A stretch of DNA of 64,000 bases, from positions 960,001 to 1,024,000 of the forward strand of contig CAWCKY010000004.1 of the NCBI GenBank assembly GCA_963796275.1, written 5' to 3'. This document shows, piece after piece, positions 50,949 through 61,810 of the stretch. The notes below the pieces were generated by a model. It ran no database searches. It was not told where the DNA came from and saw nothing but the letters and a program-made list of their open reading frames with translations. Both the position numbers and the translations under genes were made by a program. Position 1 is the first letter of the stretch, and each line of letters starts with the position of its first letter. Source of the DNA: an uncultured Acidobacteriota bacterium. Its GTDB lineage: Bacteria > Acidobacteriota > Blastocatellia > RBC074.

Positions 50949-53684
50949 TCACTCATATCGCAGCGCGATATTGGGATCTACTTTCGTCGCCCGTCGCGCA
51001 GGCAGGTAACAAGCCAGCATCGCCACGCCCGCGAACAACACGATTACGGCAATAAAGACCGGCGTCGTCGCTGGCATCAGTCCATAGAGCACCTGGGTGA
51101 GGATCGCAGTGAACCCTAATGAGACAAGCAAGCCGATGGCCAACCCGATCAACGTGAGTCGCAATCCATCGCGGACGACAAGGCGAACGACGTCGAAGCC
51201 GCGCGCGCCGAGCGCCATACGGACGCCGATCTCGCGTGTGCGCAGGCTGACGACGTATGAGACGATGCCGTAGAGACCCATCGCGGCGAGAAACAATCCG
51301 AGCAGCCCCTGCGCGCCCGCGAGCACCGCGCCAACCCGCAGCGGCATCATCGCGAAGGCGCTGTCGTTGAGGTGAGCCTCCATCGTCAGGACGTTGTAGA
51401 TAGGCAGATCGGCATCCATATGGCGCAGGACATCGCGCACAGCCGGAGCGAGCGCGGCCGGGTCGCCTGCCGACCACAAGTGGAGTGTCACGGGAGAGGC
51501 GTGGCGCTGCGCGAGCGGAGCGTAGAAAAATGGACGAAGTTCTTCCCCCAGCATGACGTACTTAGCGTTGCGCGCGACGCCGACCACTTGCCAGAAGCCC
51601 TCGTCCTCGCCCCACTTGAACCGTTTGCCCCGCGCATCCTGACCGGGCCACAGACGCTCGGCCATCGTGGCATTGACGATCGCGACCTTGATCGCGGTTT
51701 CGTCGTCGTGTTGGGCGAAGTCGCGTCCTCTCAGCACGGCACCTCCCATCGTTGTCAGGTATTCGGGAGTGACATAGTTGGCGTGCACGGTCGTGAAACT
51801 GTCTGTGTCGCCCGCCTTCTCCTCGGGCGCGACCAACGCGATCTCGAAGAAGTAACTGAAGGGGACGTACGAGGCGAGGCTGGCGGAGCGTACGCCGGGC
51901 TGGCCTTCCAGGCGATCGAGCAATTGCCGGTGGAACTGCTTTTGGCGCGCCTCGTCGTAACCTTGCAGGCCGAGATCGAGTGATGCCAATAGCAGATGGT
52001 CAGTACGGAAGCCGAGGCTTGCGTCAGCGACCTGCTGCAGGCTGCGCACGAACAGCCCTCCGGCGATCAGCACCACAACGCAGATCGCCACTTGAGAGAC
52101 CACCAGCACGCTGCGGAAGAGGTGCCTGCTCGAAGCGAGCAGGCCGCCGCCGCCCTCCTTGAGCGTCGTCTGAAGATCAAACCGTGTCGCGCGCAAGGCG
52201 GGCGCCACCCCAGTCACGACGCCGGCGATGACGGACACCGCGAAGGTGAAGGCAAAAACGCGCCAATCCCACGAGTCGTTATCGGTGCGAATGGGCATAT
52301 CGCCCGCGCCAGAAGGCATGAAGCCGAGAAGGTATCCGCTCCAGTTGGCGAGCAAAGCGCCAACGATGCCTGCCAGACACGCGAGCAGGATGCTCTCCGC
52401 CAGCAACTGGCGAATGAGCCGCCCGCGGTTCGCGCCGATGGCTGTGCGAATAGCCATTTCCTTTTGCCGCGCCACAGAGCGCGAGAACATAAGATTGGCG
52501 ACATTGGCGCAGGCGATGAGCAATACCATACCCACCATCCCCATGAAGACAGAAGCGGCCAGCGGCATGAATTCCGCGGCGACCGGCTCGGGCCGGCAAT
52601 ATTGCTCCTGCACGACGAAGACCGTCGCCTCTTTGTGCTCGTCCGGATATTCCCTGGCCAATTGTTTGCCGGCAATATCCACGGCCACGCCTGCCTGCGC
52701 CACGGTAACGCCTGGCTTCAATCGAGCCATCAATTTAAAGAGTACCGCGCCGCGCGCCTGCAGCAGCTTCCCGCCGCCGGGGCGCGCCTGACCCAACATC
52801 GAGGCGGGAATAAAGGCCCTCGGCGCTAACTTCCATTGCGCGCTGCCGAAGGTATCCGGCGCCACTCCCACAATGGTGAAGGGATGGCCATTGATGCTGA
52901 GCGCCTTGCCGATGACCGAGGGATCTCCGCCGAATTTTCGTTGCCAGTAATCGTGCGACAATACGACGATCGGATCGGCGCCGGGCATCTCGCCCTCCTC
53001 GCGATAGAAGAGGCGTCCCAACTTCGGTTCAACGCCGAGCATGGAAAAATAGTTGCCGCTCACCATCTCGATCCACTCGCGGTCGGGTTGATGTCCGGCG
53101 ATGCTCAGGTGAGCCGGGCCCATAGCGACTGCGAGCATGTCCGAGAAGACCTCCAGACGCTCACGATAGTCGCGAAAGTCGAGCCAGGAGTGGCCATGCG
53201 GCTTGTTCCAAACAGCGCTCTTTTGCAGTACCAGAACGAGCCGGTCCGGCTCTTTCACAGGCAACGGCTTGAAGAAGAATTCGCTGATGATCGAGAAGAT
53301 CGTGATGTTCGCGCTGATCCCGAGCGCGAGCGTGAAGACAGCTGCCGCCGTGAAGCCGCGTTTCTTCATCAATACGCGAGCGCCATAACGCAGGTCTTGC
53401 CAGAAGTCCACCATCATATTAATCCTCCTGTTGGTCCCTAAGACGATAGGCTCTTCCGGCAATGGACGCTCGGACTGCCGCAGCTCCCGTTGCAGCATTT
53501 CACCTTCACGAACCTCTGTGAGCGCAATGCGATAGGCTTCCTCCGCACTTACGCCACGAGCCAGCAATTCTCGGTAGTGATCCTCCAGGTGCTGCGAGAG
53601 CTCTTCGACGATCTCCGCTTCACGCGCCGGCTCGAGCTTCAAGCTGGTAAGCCGCTGTCTGATCTCTTGCTTCCACTCAGGCAT
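50949..53684 (-). CDS. ADOP-type permease with MPEWK leader, intact
   Basis: MPEWKQEIRQRL..EPAREAEIVEELSQHLED; both MacB/FtsX halves; DPNIALRYE. Confidence 0.9.
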   Translation of the reverse strand: MPEWKQEIRQRLTSLKLEPAREAEIVEELSQHLEDHYRELLARGVSAEEAYRIALTEVREGEMLQRELRQSERPLPEEPIVLGTNRRINMMVDFWQDLRYGARVLMKKRGFTAAAVFTLALGISANITIFSIISEFFFKPLPVKEPDRLVLVLQKSAVWNKPHGHSWLDFRDYRERLEVFSDMLAVAMGPAHLSIAGHQPDREWIEMVSGNYFSMLGVEPKLGRLFYREEGEMPGADPIVVLSHDYWQRKFGGDPSVIGKALSINGHPFTIVGVAPDTFGSAQWKLAPRAFIPASMLGQARPGGGKLLQARGAVLFKLMARLKPGVTVAQAGVAVDIAGKQLAREYPDEHKEATVFVVQEQYCRPEPVAAEFMPLAASVFMGMVGMVLLIACANVANLMFSRSVARQKEMAIRTAIGANRGRLIRQLLAESILLACLAGIVGALLANWSGYLLGFMPSGAGDMPIRTDNDSWDWRVFAFTFAVSVIAGVVTGVAPALRATRFDLQTTLKEGGGGLLASSRHLFRSVLVVSQVAICVVVLIAGGLFVRSLQQVADASLGFRTDHLLLASLDLGLQGYDEARQKQFHRQLLDRLEGQPGVRSASLASYVPFSYFFEIALVAPEEKAGDTDSFTTVHANYVTPEYLTTMGGAVLRGRDFAQHDDETAIKVAIVNATMAERLWPGQDARGKRFKWGEDEGFWQVVGVARNAKYVMLGEELRPFFYAPLAQRHASPVTLHLWSAGDPAALAPAVRDVLRHMDADLPIYNVLTMEAHLNDSAFAMMPLRVGAVLAGAQGLLGLFLAAMGLYGIVSYVVSLRTREIGVRMALGARGFDVVRLVVRDGLRLTLIGLAIGLLVSLGFTAILTQVLYGLMPATTPVFIAVIVLFAGVAMLACYLPARRATKVDPNIALRYE

Positions 53685-53942
53685 GGTCAGCACCTCTCAT
53701 ACGATCGGTTACAGTCACATACGCGCTGCCCTTCTTCAATTCGCAGCCAAACTCGAGGATCCATATTTGTCATAGCCACATATTATCCAGGCAGATATAC
53801 GCGGTCAAGAGAGACCTGGTTCTCCGGGTTTTAAGGCGGGTAAAACATTAAATCGACGAATGCGGTTTCAGGTTTTCTGACTGCATCGGATTTTGTGGAT
53901 TAGCCCCGGAGGGGCCTAATGTTTATAGATGTTCGCTCAACC

Positions 53943-54204
53943 TAGTTCTGATCGCGATAATCGATGTAGTTCAGATGCGAGGTCGGGTGATTGCCGGGAC
54001 GCCCCGTGTCAATCGTAAATACCGATACAAGACGCGCGGGTTCCTCGACCGGCAGCGGTTTGTGCAGTGAGGCATTGATGATGCTGAAGACCGCCGTGTT
54101 AGCGCCGATGCCGAGCGCCAGCGAGAGCGCAGCAACGAGCGTAAGGCAGGGCTCTTGAGTAATAATCTGAATCCGAAACGAACGTCTTGCAACAATGCTT
54201 CCAT
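53943..54204 (-). pseudogene. ADOP 5' fragment lacking a prefix domain
   Basis: MEALLQDVRFGFRLLLKSP then, after a shift, [17 protein letters not shown]...YIDYRDQN stop. Confidence 0.7.
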
Positions 54205-54219
54205 TGGTTCATCTCCGCC

Positions 54220-54340
54220 GGAAATAGTTTTCAGTTTTTAGTTTTCAGTTCGCTGTCCACAGTCTGAGTTACATCAATTAAGAGATGTGAACCTTGAACA
54301 GCGAACTGAAAATGAAAACTGAAAACTGAAAACTATTTCC
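54220..54340. repeat. Heptamer-repeat inverted element (AGTTTTC)n ... (GAAAACT)n
   Basis: ggaaatagttttcagtttttagttttcagttcgctgt ... acagcgaactgaaaatgaaaactgaaaactgaaaactatttcc. Confidence 0.85.
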
Positions 54341-55993
54341 TCATAGTCGTCCCGGACCGTAGAGAACCTGGCCGGGACGCGCGCCCGTATGTTTACCGTG
54401 ATCGATCACAACCTGTCCATTGACCAGCACGTAATCGATGCCCTCCGGAAAAAGCAGCGGCTGCTGATAGGTCGAGCGATCCTGAATCCTGTCGTAATCG
54501 AAGATCACGACATCGGCCCAGCACCCCTCTTTGATCAACCCGCGGCCGGCCAGGCGCATGCGCGTGGCGGGCCACGAGGTCATTTTGCGAATCGCCTCTT
54601 CGAGCGTGAGGATGCGACGCTCGCGCACGTAACGCGCGATCAGACGCGGAAAGTTGCCGTAGCTGCGTGGGTGCGGCAATCCCAGCTTGTCCTGCTCGCC
54701 GGCTCTGAGCGCTGCTCCGGCGTCGCTGCCGATGCTGGTCCAGGGAAAGCGCAGCGCGGATTCAATGTCCTGCTCACTCATCATGTGATAGATCGCCATT
54801 ACGCGGCCCTCACCCTGCGCCACCAGGTCGAAGGCGGCGTCGGCAGGCTCCTTGCCCCACTCCTTCGCGATCTGGGTCATCGTTTTGCCGTTAAAACGGG
54901 CGTTCTCCGCGTTGCGCGCATTGACCATCACGATTCCGTCCCAACCACCGGCGGCCTCGACGATGTTCCACCAGCCGACCGAACCTGTGTCGATCTCCCT
55001 CTTCAAGTGTGCCCGCGTTTCAGGATCCGCCAGCCGTTTGAGCAATACCTCCCGCCCTCCCTCAAACGCCCACGATGGAATCGTGGCTTCGAGCCCCGTG
55101 CCGCCCGCGGTGTAGAGATAGAGATCGGCCGCGACATCCACATTGCGCGCGCGCGCCTGATCGATAAGCTTGCCGGCCTCACGCATCAATTTCCCCCAGC
55201 CCGGTTCGTAGGCGGCTTTGAGGTGAAATATTTCGACCGGCAATCCGGCGCGCTCGCCGATTGTGATCGCCTCGGCGACAGCTTCAAGGAGCTCTTTTCC
55301 CTCGCCGCGAATGTGGCTGGCATAAATGCCGCCGTGTTTCGCCGCGGCCTTCGCCACCTCGACCAACTCCTCCGTTTTTGCATAGCTGCTTGGCGGATAG
55401 ATCAGGGCCGTCGTCATACCCATAGCGCCGCCGCGCATCGCGGTCTCCATGATCGCCTTCATCTTCTCCAGTTCTTCAGCCGTGGGCTCGCGCGCGGCCA
55501 TTTCCAGCACGGCCAGGCGCGCCTGCGTTTCGCTGAAGTAAGACCCGAAGTTGATGCTGATGCCGCTCTTCTCCAGGCCGGCGAAATATTCTGGGATCTT
55601 TTCGGCGGGTACTGGTGTACCACCCTCGCCGCCAATGGCCGTCGTCACGCCCATTCGCAATTTGTTTTCGGCCAGACCGTTGTCCGGCAATACCCCGCCC
55701 GATTGATCCATCATGTCGATCCAGCCCGGCGAAACGTAGCGGTCTTTGGCGTCTATCTCCTGATGGCCGCGACCCGCTATCTTTCCGACCTTGACGAAAC
55801 GGCCTTTGTCGACTGCCACATCAGCGACGATCCATGGATTGCCCGCGCCATCGAGTACGCGGCCATTGCGAATGACCAAGTCATACTGGACTTCACCCGC
55901 AGCGCTCGCCGTCTGGCCATGTGCCAGCGCAGATAGAGCCAGCGCGAGCAAAAGAGCGAAAACGGGAAGGTAATAACGATCGATTTTATTCAT
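54341..55993 (-). CDS. N-acyl-D-amino-acid deacylase (D-aminoacylase) family, exported
   Basis: Signal peptide; YDLVIRNGRVLDGAG, SPGWID, YASHIRGE, IFHLK, IGSDA, HPRSYGNFPR, GIDYVLVNG. Confidence 0.85.
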   Translation of the reverse strand: MNKIDRYYLPVFALLLALALSALAHGQTASAAGEVQYDLVIRNGRVLDGAGNPWIVADVAVDKGRFVKVGKIAGRGHQEIDAKDRYVSPGWIDMMDQSGGVLPDNGLAENKLRMGVTTAIGGEGGTPVPAEKIPEYFAGLEKSGISINFGSYFSETQARLAVLEMAAREPTAEELEKMKAIMETAMRGGAMGMTTALIYPPSSYAKTEELVEVAKAAAKHGGIYASHIRGEGKELLEAVAEAITIGERAGLPVEIFHLKAAYEPGWGKLMREAGKLIDQARARNVDVAADLYLYTAGGTGLEATIPSWAFEGGREVLLKRLADPETRAHLKREIDTGSVGWWNIVEAAGGWDGIVMVNARNAENARFNGKTMTQIAKEWGKEPADAAFDLVAQGEGRVMAIYHMMSEQDIESALRFPWTSIGSDAGAALRAGEQDKLGLPHPRSYGNFPRLIARYVRERRILTLEEAIRKMTSWPATRMRLAGRGLIKEGCWADVVIFDYDRIQDRSTYQQPLLFPEGIDYVLVNGQVVIDHGKHTGARPGQVLYGPGRL

Positions 55994-56156
55994 GATGCGA
56001 TCTTTCACTTTTTGTTGTTCTGGATCGGCGCCAGTTATACCACCAATGCCAGTGACGTTCTCAGAATGATTTCGCCCGAGAACCGATCCAGTATCCGGCC
56101 AAATTGCTTTGTTTTTTTTCTTTTCTCTTTTTGTGTTTTTCGCGGTGAATCTCACA

Positions 56157-56463
56157 TCACTCACACCGCAACGCTACCAGCGGGTCTATTTTCGTCGCCC
56201 GCCGCGCCGGAATCCAGCAGGCCAGCGACGCAATGCCGATCAGCAGCGCCGTAGCACGCCATACGTCAAAGGATCGATCGCGCTCACCCCATAGAGTAAG
56301 TCGGAGAGGAAGCTCGTCAAACCTATGGCCGCAACCAGCCACACCAATCAAAGTCAGCGGCATTCCTTCGCCGATCACCAGCTTCTATACATCTCTAGTC
56401 TCGGCTCCCAATGCCATCCTTATGCCCATCTCGCGCGTCCGCTGGGAGACCGAATAAGCGATG
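56157..56463 (-). pseudogene. Degenerate duplicate of the 3' end of the neighbouring ADOP gene
   Basis: Aligns by eye with 56741-57055 ([23 protein letters not shown] ... [11 protein letters not shown]) with indels. Confidence 0.8.
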
Positions 56464-56465
56464 AT

Positions 56466-56735
56466 GCTGTAGCTTTCAAGAAAATGATCATCTTCAAAAA
56501 GCGCCAAAGGCGCGAAATATAATAGCCAGGGGCGGAGCGAAGTGAAGCCCCTGGTAACTCGTAAGTGAGTCGCCGAGCCCTGGTAAGGGCGTGATAACCG
56601 TTTATTATTGCGCCCTTTCAGGGCTGGTCGAGATTTGGGACTGCGACCAGGGGCTACGCTTCGCTCCACCCCTGGCTCTTATATTTCGCGCCTTTGGCGC
56701 TTTATGAAGATGATCATTTTCATGAATGCTATAGC
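56466..56735. mobile_element. REPIN/MITE-like element with long terminal inverted arms
   Basis: gctgtagctttcaagaaaatgatcatcttcaaaaagcgccaaaggcgcgaaatataatagccagggg... pairs with ...cccctggctcttatatttcgcgcctttggcgctttatgaagatgatcattttcatgaatgctatagc; no transposase. Confidence 0.75.
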
Positions 56736-56740
56736 GCAAC

Positions 56741-59011
56741 TCACTCACACCGCAACGCAACCAGCGGGTCTATTTTTGTCGCCCGCCGCGCGGGAACCCA
56801 ACAGGCTACCAATGCATTGCCGATCAGCAGCAGAGCGATCACGCTGAAGGTCAAAGGATCGATCGCGCTCACCCCATAGAGCAGGTCGGAGAGGAAGCGC
56901 GTCAAACCTATGGCGGCAACCAAACCAATAGCCATACCAATCAAAGTCAGCAGAATTCCTTCGCCGATCATCATCTTCAACACATCTCGCGTCTCGGCGC
57001 CCAATGCCATCCTGATGCCGATCTCGCGCGTCCGCCGGGAGACCGAATAAGCGATCAGACCGGAAAGGCCGGCGAGCGCCAAAACCAGTGCCAGCAGACC
57101 GAAAATACTAATCAGAATGCTGGCGGCGCGCACAGGGAAGAGAGCAAAAGCCAGATGACCTCGCAAGGAGCCAAGGTGAGTCGGCGCTACATTGGGATCG
57201 AGTGCGCCGATTTCGCGTCGCAGGGCGGCCAGCAAAGATGCGGGATCACTGCTCGTCTTTACGAAGAACGCTCTCCCCCCGGCTTTTGAATAGCCGAGGC
57301 TCGACAGATCGAGACTCGCGATGAGCCGATTCCCGGACTCAAATCCCAGATCAATAGATTGCGCATGGATCAGGCTGCGCAGACAAAGACCGGCCCCGAC
57401 TAGCAAGAGTGAACAGATAGCGACCTGCCCGACAACTAATAGACTTCGCAGGCGTGATTTACCAGCGCCTCGGGCGCTCATTCCATCCTTCAGCGATGTC
57501 GCCAGATCGACCCTGCTTCCCTGCCAGGCCGGGGCCAGACCAAACAGTAATGCAGCCAACAACGAGACGAGCAGCGTAAATCCGAAGACTCGATAATCTG
57601 ATGAAAAAGCGAATCGAATTGGCAGCGATGGCGGTGTGAGCAGCAATAACAGAGGCGCCGTCCATTTCATCAATATCCAACCCAGGCCGCCACTAAGACA
57701 GGCGAGCAACACGCTCTCTGCCATCGCCTGTCGAAAGAGCCGCGACCTGCTTGCCCCCAACGCCGACCGCACCGCAAGCTCACTACGACGCGCGTTAGTC
57801 CGCGCAAGCAGAAAACTGGCGGTATTGGCGCATGCGATCGACAGCACTAACGCCACAACTATCATCAGCAGACCGGAGAAGGTTATCGCGTACCCGCGCG
57901 CCGGACCTGGTAAGAGCGTCGTCGGGGAAATCGCCGTCTCGTACATTTCGTTACTGTCCGGGTAGGCCTGAGCAAACCGGCGCGCCAATACTTTCAGATC
58001 GGCCTCGGCCTGAGCCGCGGTCAACCCGGGCTTGAGTCGACCGGCGCTGAAGAGCCAATAGGCGGTCCGGTTCGTCAACAGCTCCTGGTTGCGTCTGGTT
58101 TGCGGCGCCATCATCAATGGGATCCAGACATCGGGTCGGACACCGATCATCAGCCCGGCAAAATCCCCAGGCGCGATTCCGATGACATTGAAGCTGATGC
58201 CATTGAACATCATCGTCGAGCCGATAACCTTGGGATCGCCGCCAAGCTGCCCTTGCCAGAAAGCGTGACCGATGACGACGACCGGATGAGTGCCGGGCGT
58301 GCGCCCCTCTTCAGGCGCGAACGTGCGCCCCAGCATCGCATTAACCCCGAGAGACTCGAAGAAATTGCCAGAGACATAATGGCCGTGAATAATCTCGCCC
58401 TGCCCATTTCGGCTCCAACTTATGAGTGCCGGGCCGGGATCGAAGGCCACCATTCCAGAGAAGACCCGGTTGTGATCGCGGTAATGCTCGTATTGGGGAT
58501 AATTCAAGGCCTCGAAACTGCTGAATGACGAGCCGCCCTGCCGACGGTGATTCCAGACCTCCAGCAACTGCTCAGGCCGATCGACCGCCGGCGGACGTAA
58601 GAGCAGCTCGTTGACGAAACTGAAGATCGTCGCGTTGGCGCCGATGCCCAGCGCCATCGACAACACCACGATCGCGGTGAAGCCGGGTCTCTTGAGTAAC
58701 ATTCGCACGCCGAAGCGCAGGTCTTGCCACAGGTCTGCGATCATATTTGTTCTCCGTGTAGTTCCAGGTACGATCGGTTCTGGCGGGAAATGCCGCTCCA
58801 CGCGCAGCAATTCCCGCTGAAGCAATTCACTCCCGCTCAGTTCCAGGCGCGACTGGCGCTCGGCCTCCGCTGGTGTCACGCCACCTGAGAGCAACTCCGC
58901 ATAGCAGTCTTCCAAGTGCTGCGCGAGTTCTTCGACGATGGCCGCTTCACGCATCGGTGTAAGCCGCAACCCGACCAAACGCTCTCTGATTTCTGCTTTC
59001 CAATCAGGCAT
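56741..59011 (-). CDS. ADOP-type permease with MPDWK leader and in-frame loss of most of the second periplasmic domain
   Basis: 756 aa versus about 890 in paralogs; LGYSKAGGRAFF fused directly to VKTSSDPASL. Confidence 0.8.
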   Translation of the reverse strand: MPDWKAEIRERLVGLRLTPMREAAIVEELAQHLEDCYAELLSGGVTPAEAERQSRLELSGSELLQRELLRVERHFPPEPIVPGTTRRTNMIADLWQDLRFGVRMLLKRPGFTAIVVLSMALGIGANATIFSFVNELLLRPPAVDRPEQLLEVWNHRRQGGSSFSSFEALNYPQYEHYRDHNRVFSGMVAFDPGPALISWSRNGQGEIIHGHYVSGNFFESLGVNAMLGRTFAPEEGRTPGTHPVVVIGHAFWQGQLGGDPKVIGSTMMFNGISFNVIGIAPGDFAGLMIGVRPDVWIPLMMAPQTRRNQELLTNRTAYWLFSAGRLKPGLTAAQAEADLKVLARRFAQAYPDSNEMYETAISPTTLLPGPARGYAITFSGLLMIVVALVLSIACANTASFLLARTNARRSELAVRSALGASRSRLFRQAMAESVLLACLSGGLGWILMKWTAPLLLLLTPPSLPIRFAFSSDYRVFGFTLLVSLLAALLFGLAPAWQGSRVDLATSLKDGMSARGAGKSRLRSLLVVGQVAICSLLLVGAGLCLRSLIHAQSIDLGFESGNRLIASLDLSSLGYSKAGGRAFFVKTSSDPASLLAALRREIGALDPNVAPTHLGSLRGHLAFALFPVRAASILISIFGLLALVLALAGLSGLIAYSVSRRTREIGIRMALGAETRDVLKMMIGEGILLTLIGMAIGLVAAIGLTRFLSDLLYGVSAIDPLTFSVIALLLIGNALVACWVPARRATKIDPLVALRCE

Positions 59012-59084
59012 AGTTGTTTTTCCATCCGCCTTCGAGCTGCATGGAGACGATTCGGCAAAATGATGTCGAGTCTGGTGTGTTCAC

Positions 59085-61770
59085 CTATTCACTCCTCAAA
59101 GCGACCACCGGATCTACCTTCGCTGCCCGCCGCGCCGGAATCCAGCAGGCCAGCAAGGCAACCAGCGCCAGCAGCAGCGCAATCGCAGCAAACGTCACCG
59201 GATCGGTGGCGCTCACGCCGAAGAGCAGATTCTTCATCGTTCGCGTCAACGCGACCGACGCGACCAGGCCAAGCGCCACGCCCGCGAGCGCCAGCTTCAT
59301 TCCCTGCCCAATCACCAGTTTCAGCACATCACTCACCTGCGCGCCGAGCGCCATCCGAACGCCGATTTCGCGCGTGCGCTGAGCGACCGCGTACGACATC
59401 AATCCGTAAATCCCGAGGCTGGCGAGCGCGAGCGCGACGATGGCGAAGACGGTCAGCAACAGCATGGAAAAACGCCGAGCGGCGACCGATTGCGCCACGG
59501 CCTGCTCCATCGTGCGCACGTTGAAGACCGCCTGATCTTTATTCAAAGCCGCCACCTGGCCGCGCACCGCCGAGGCCAGGCTCAACGGTTCGACCTCGGT
59601 GCGCGTCAGCAGATTGATGCGCCGCACATAGCCTGGCAGCCGCTCTGCGGGAATCTGATTGAAGTTGAGATAGAACTGCGCCGGGGTTGGTCCTTGTGCG
59701 TCCAGGCTGTTCGGTTCGGCGTGCCGGACAATCGCCCACAATCTCTATCCCCGGCGCGTCGGCAGATGCCTTCAACCGCTTGCCGAGCGGGTCTTCGTTG
59801 GGGAAGTACCGCTGCGCGAGCACTTCGTCAATGATGACGACCGATGGGGTGTCGGGCGTATCCTCGGCGGTGAAGAGGCGGCCTTTGATCAACTCAATGC
59901 CCATCGTCTGGAAGTAAGCGGGACTCACGTGGTAGCGAAGGCCGGAAGGTTTATTGTCGGTCTCCGGTCGGCCTTCAATGAGGAACGGCGGGAAGTTCGT
60001 CGAGCCAAAGGGAATCCCGTTCGACACCGCGACCGATTTGACGCCGGGCAGGTTGCGGACGTTTTGTTGCAACTGCTCGAAGAAGTTCGCCACTTGCTGA
60101 CCGTCGGGGTTGTTGACGGAAACCTGCATCGTGAGCAGGTTCTGCGCCTTGAAACCCGGGTCAACCTGTAGCACGCGCCGAAAGCTCTGAATGAGCAAAC
60201 CCGCGCCCACCAGCAGCGTCAGCGTCAGGGCGACTTCGCCAACGACCAACACGCTGCGCAGCCGCTGGCGGCGCCCGGATGAACCCCGCTCTCCTTCCTT
60301 CAACCCTTCCGTCAGATTCGGGCGTGAAGCTTGCAAGGCCGGAGCCAAGCCGAAGAGCAAACCGGTCAGGAGCGAGACGGCGAGCGTGAAGACCAACACC
60401 GGCGCGTCAACACTGGCTTCCTGCAAGCGCGGGATGCCGTCAGGCAATTGCGCAGCGATCAAACTCGTGCCCCAGAACGCGAGCAGGATTCCCAACGCGG
60501 CACCCAACGCGGCCAGCAGGACGCTCTCGGTCAGCAGTTGACGAACGAGCGCGGCACGGCTGGCGCCGAGCGCCACGCGCACCGCCATCTCCTTTTGCCG
60601 CGCCGACGCACGCACGAGCAGGAGGTTGGCGACATTGGCGCAGGCGATCAATAAGACCAGGCCGACTGCGCCCAGCAAAATCAAGAGCGGCTGTCGCACG
60701 TTGCCGACAAAGCTTTCGTGCAGCGGCGTCAGCAGCACGCGCCGCCCTTTGTTGCTCTCGGGATATTGTTGTTCCAGCCGCGCGGCAACCAGATTCAGAT
60801 CCGTCTCCCCCTGCTGCTGCGATACGTTCGGTTTCAAACGCGCGACGACGTCGGTTCCCGGATCTGCGCCGCGCCGCCGAAAGCGTTCCGCCTGGAGACC
60901 GATGGGCACAGTGACGTCGGCTTCAATCCCGTACTGGAAATTTGCCGGACGTAATCCCGACGACGGTGAAGCTTTGATTGTTGAGCGTGAGCTGTTTCCC
61001 GAGGATGCCCGGGTCATTGCCAAACCTGCGCTGCCAGAATCCGTAACTCAGGATCACCGCCGGAGTCGCGCCCGGACGGTCTTCTTCCGCGAGAAAGTCG
61101 CGCCCCAACAGCGGCTTGATGCCCAGCAGTGGAGAAGAACTCCGCCGAGACGAGCCGCCCCTGCAAGCGTTCCGGTTCGCCTGCGCCCGTGAAGTTGAAA
61201 CTCTCGTTCCCACGCACCGCCGAGATGTGACTCGAAGGCCGTGTTCTGCGCGCGCCAATCAACAAAGTTGGGATAGGACGGCGAGAAGCCTCCCCCTGCG
61301 CCAACACGCTCCTGAAGGATCACCAGGCGCTCCGGCGCCTGGTACGGAAACGGGCGCAGGAGCACCGCATTGACGATGCTGAAGATCGCCGTGTTCGCGC
61401 CGATGCCCAGCGCCAGCGTCAGGACAGCAATCAAGGTGAAGCCCGGTTGTTTCAGTAACATTCGTGCGCCGAAGCGTAAGTCTTGCCATAGTTCTGCGAT
61501 CATATTTCTCCTCCGATTGGTTGCAAGCACAAGGGGTTCCGGCGCGAAATGCTGCTCCACTCGCCGTAGTTCCCGCGCCAAGGTTTCATGCTCGCTCAAT
61601 TCCGCCAGCGTCCGGCGTTCGGCGTCCGCTTCAGTCGCGCCGCTCGAGAGCAATTCCGCGTAGCAGTCGGCTAAGTCCTGTGACAGCTCTTCAATAATCG
61701 CAGCCTCGCGCGTTGGCTCGAGCTTCAGTTTCGCCAGCCGCTGTCTGATTTTCGGTTTCCACTCAGGCAC
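59085..61770 (-). pseudogene. ADOP-type permease with (V)PEWK leader and about four frameshifts
   Basis: ORF pieces 61054-61869, 61014-61307, 60923-61258, 59539-61023, 59085-59741 tile a full ADOP; may be assembly error. Confidence 0.65.
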
Positions 61771-61810
61771 GTTCGATCTTCCTTCGTTCACCGCGTGAGT
61801 CCGCCGCGAT

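Noticed and set aside
54389-55936. 515-aa plus-strand ORF and similar long antisense ORFs (7584-8543, 13104-14222, 37421-38632, 47721-48632)
   Set aside because: Shadow ORFs opposite well-supported genes in GC-rich DNA, with no recognisable motifs
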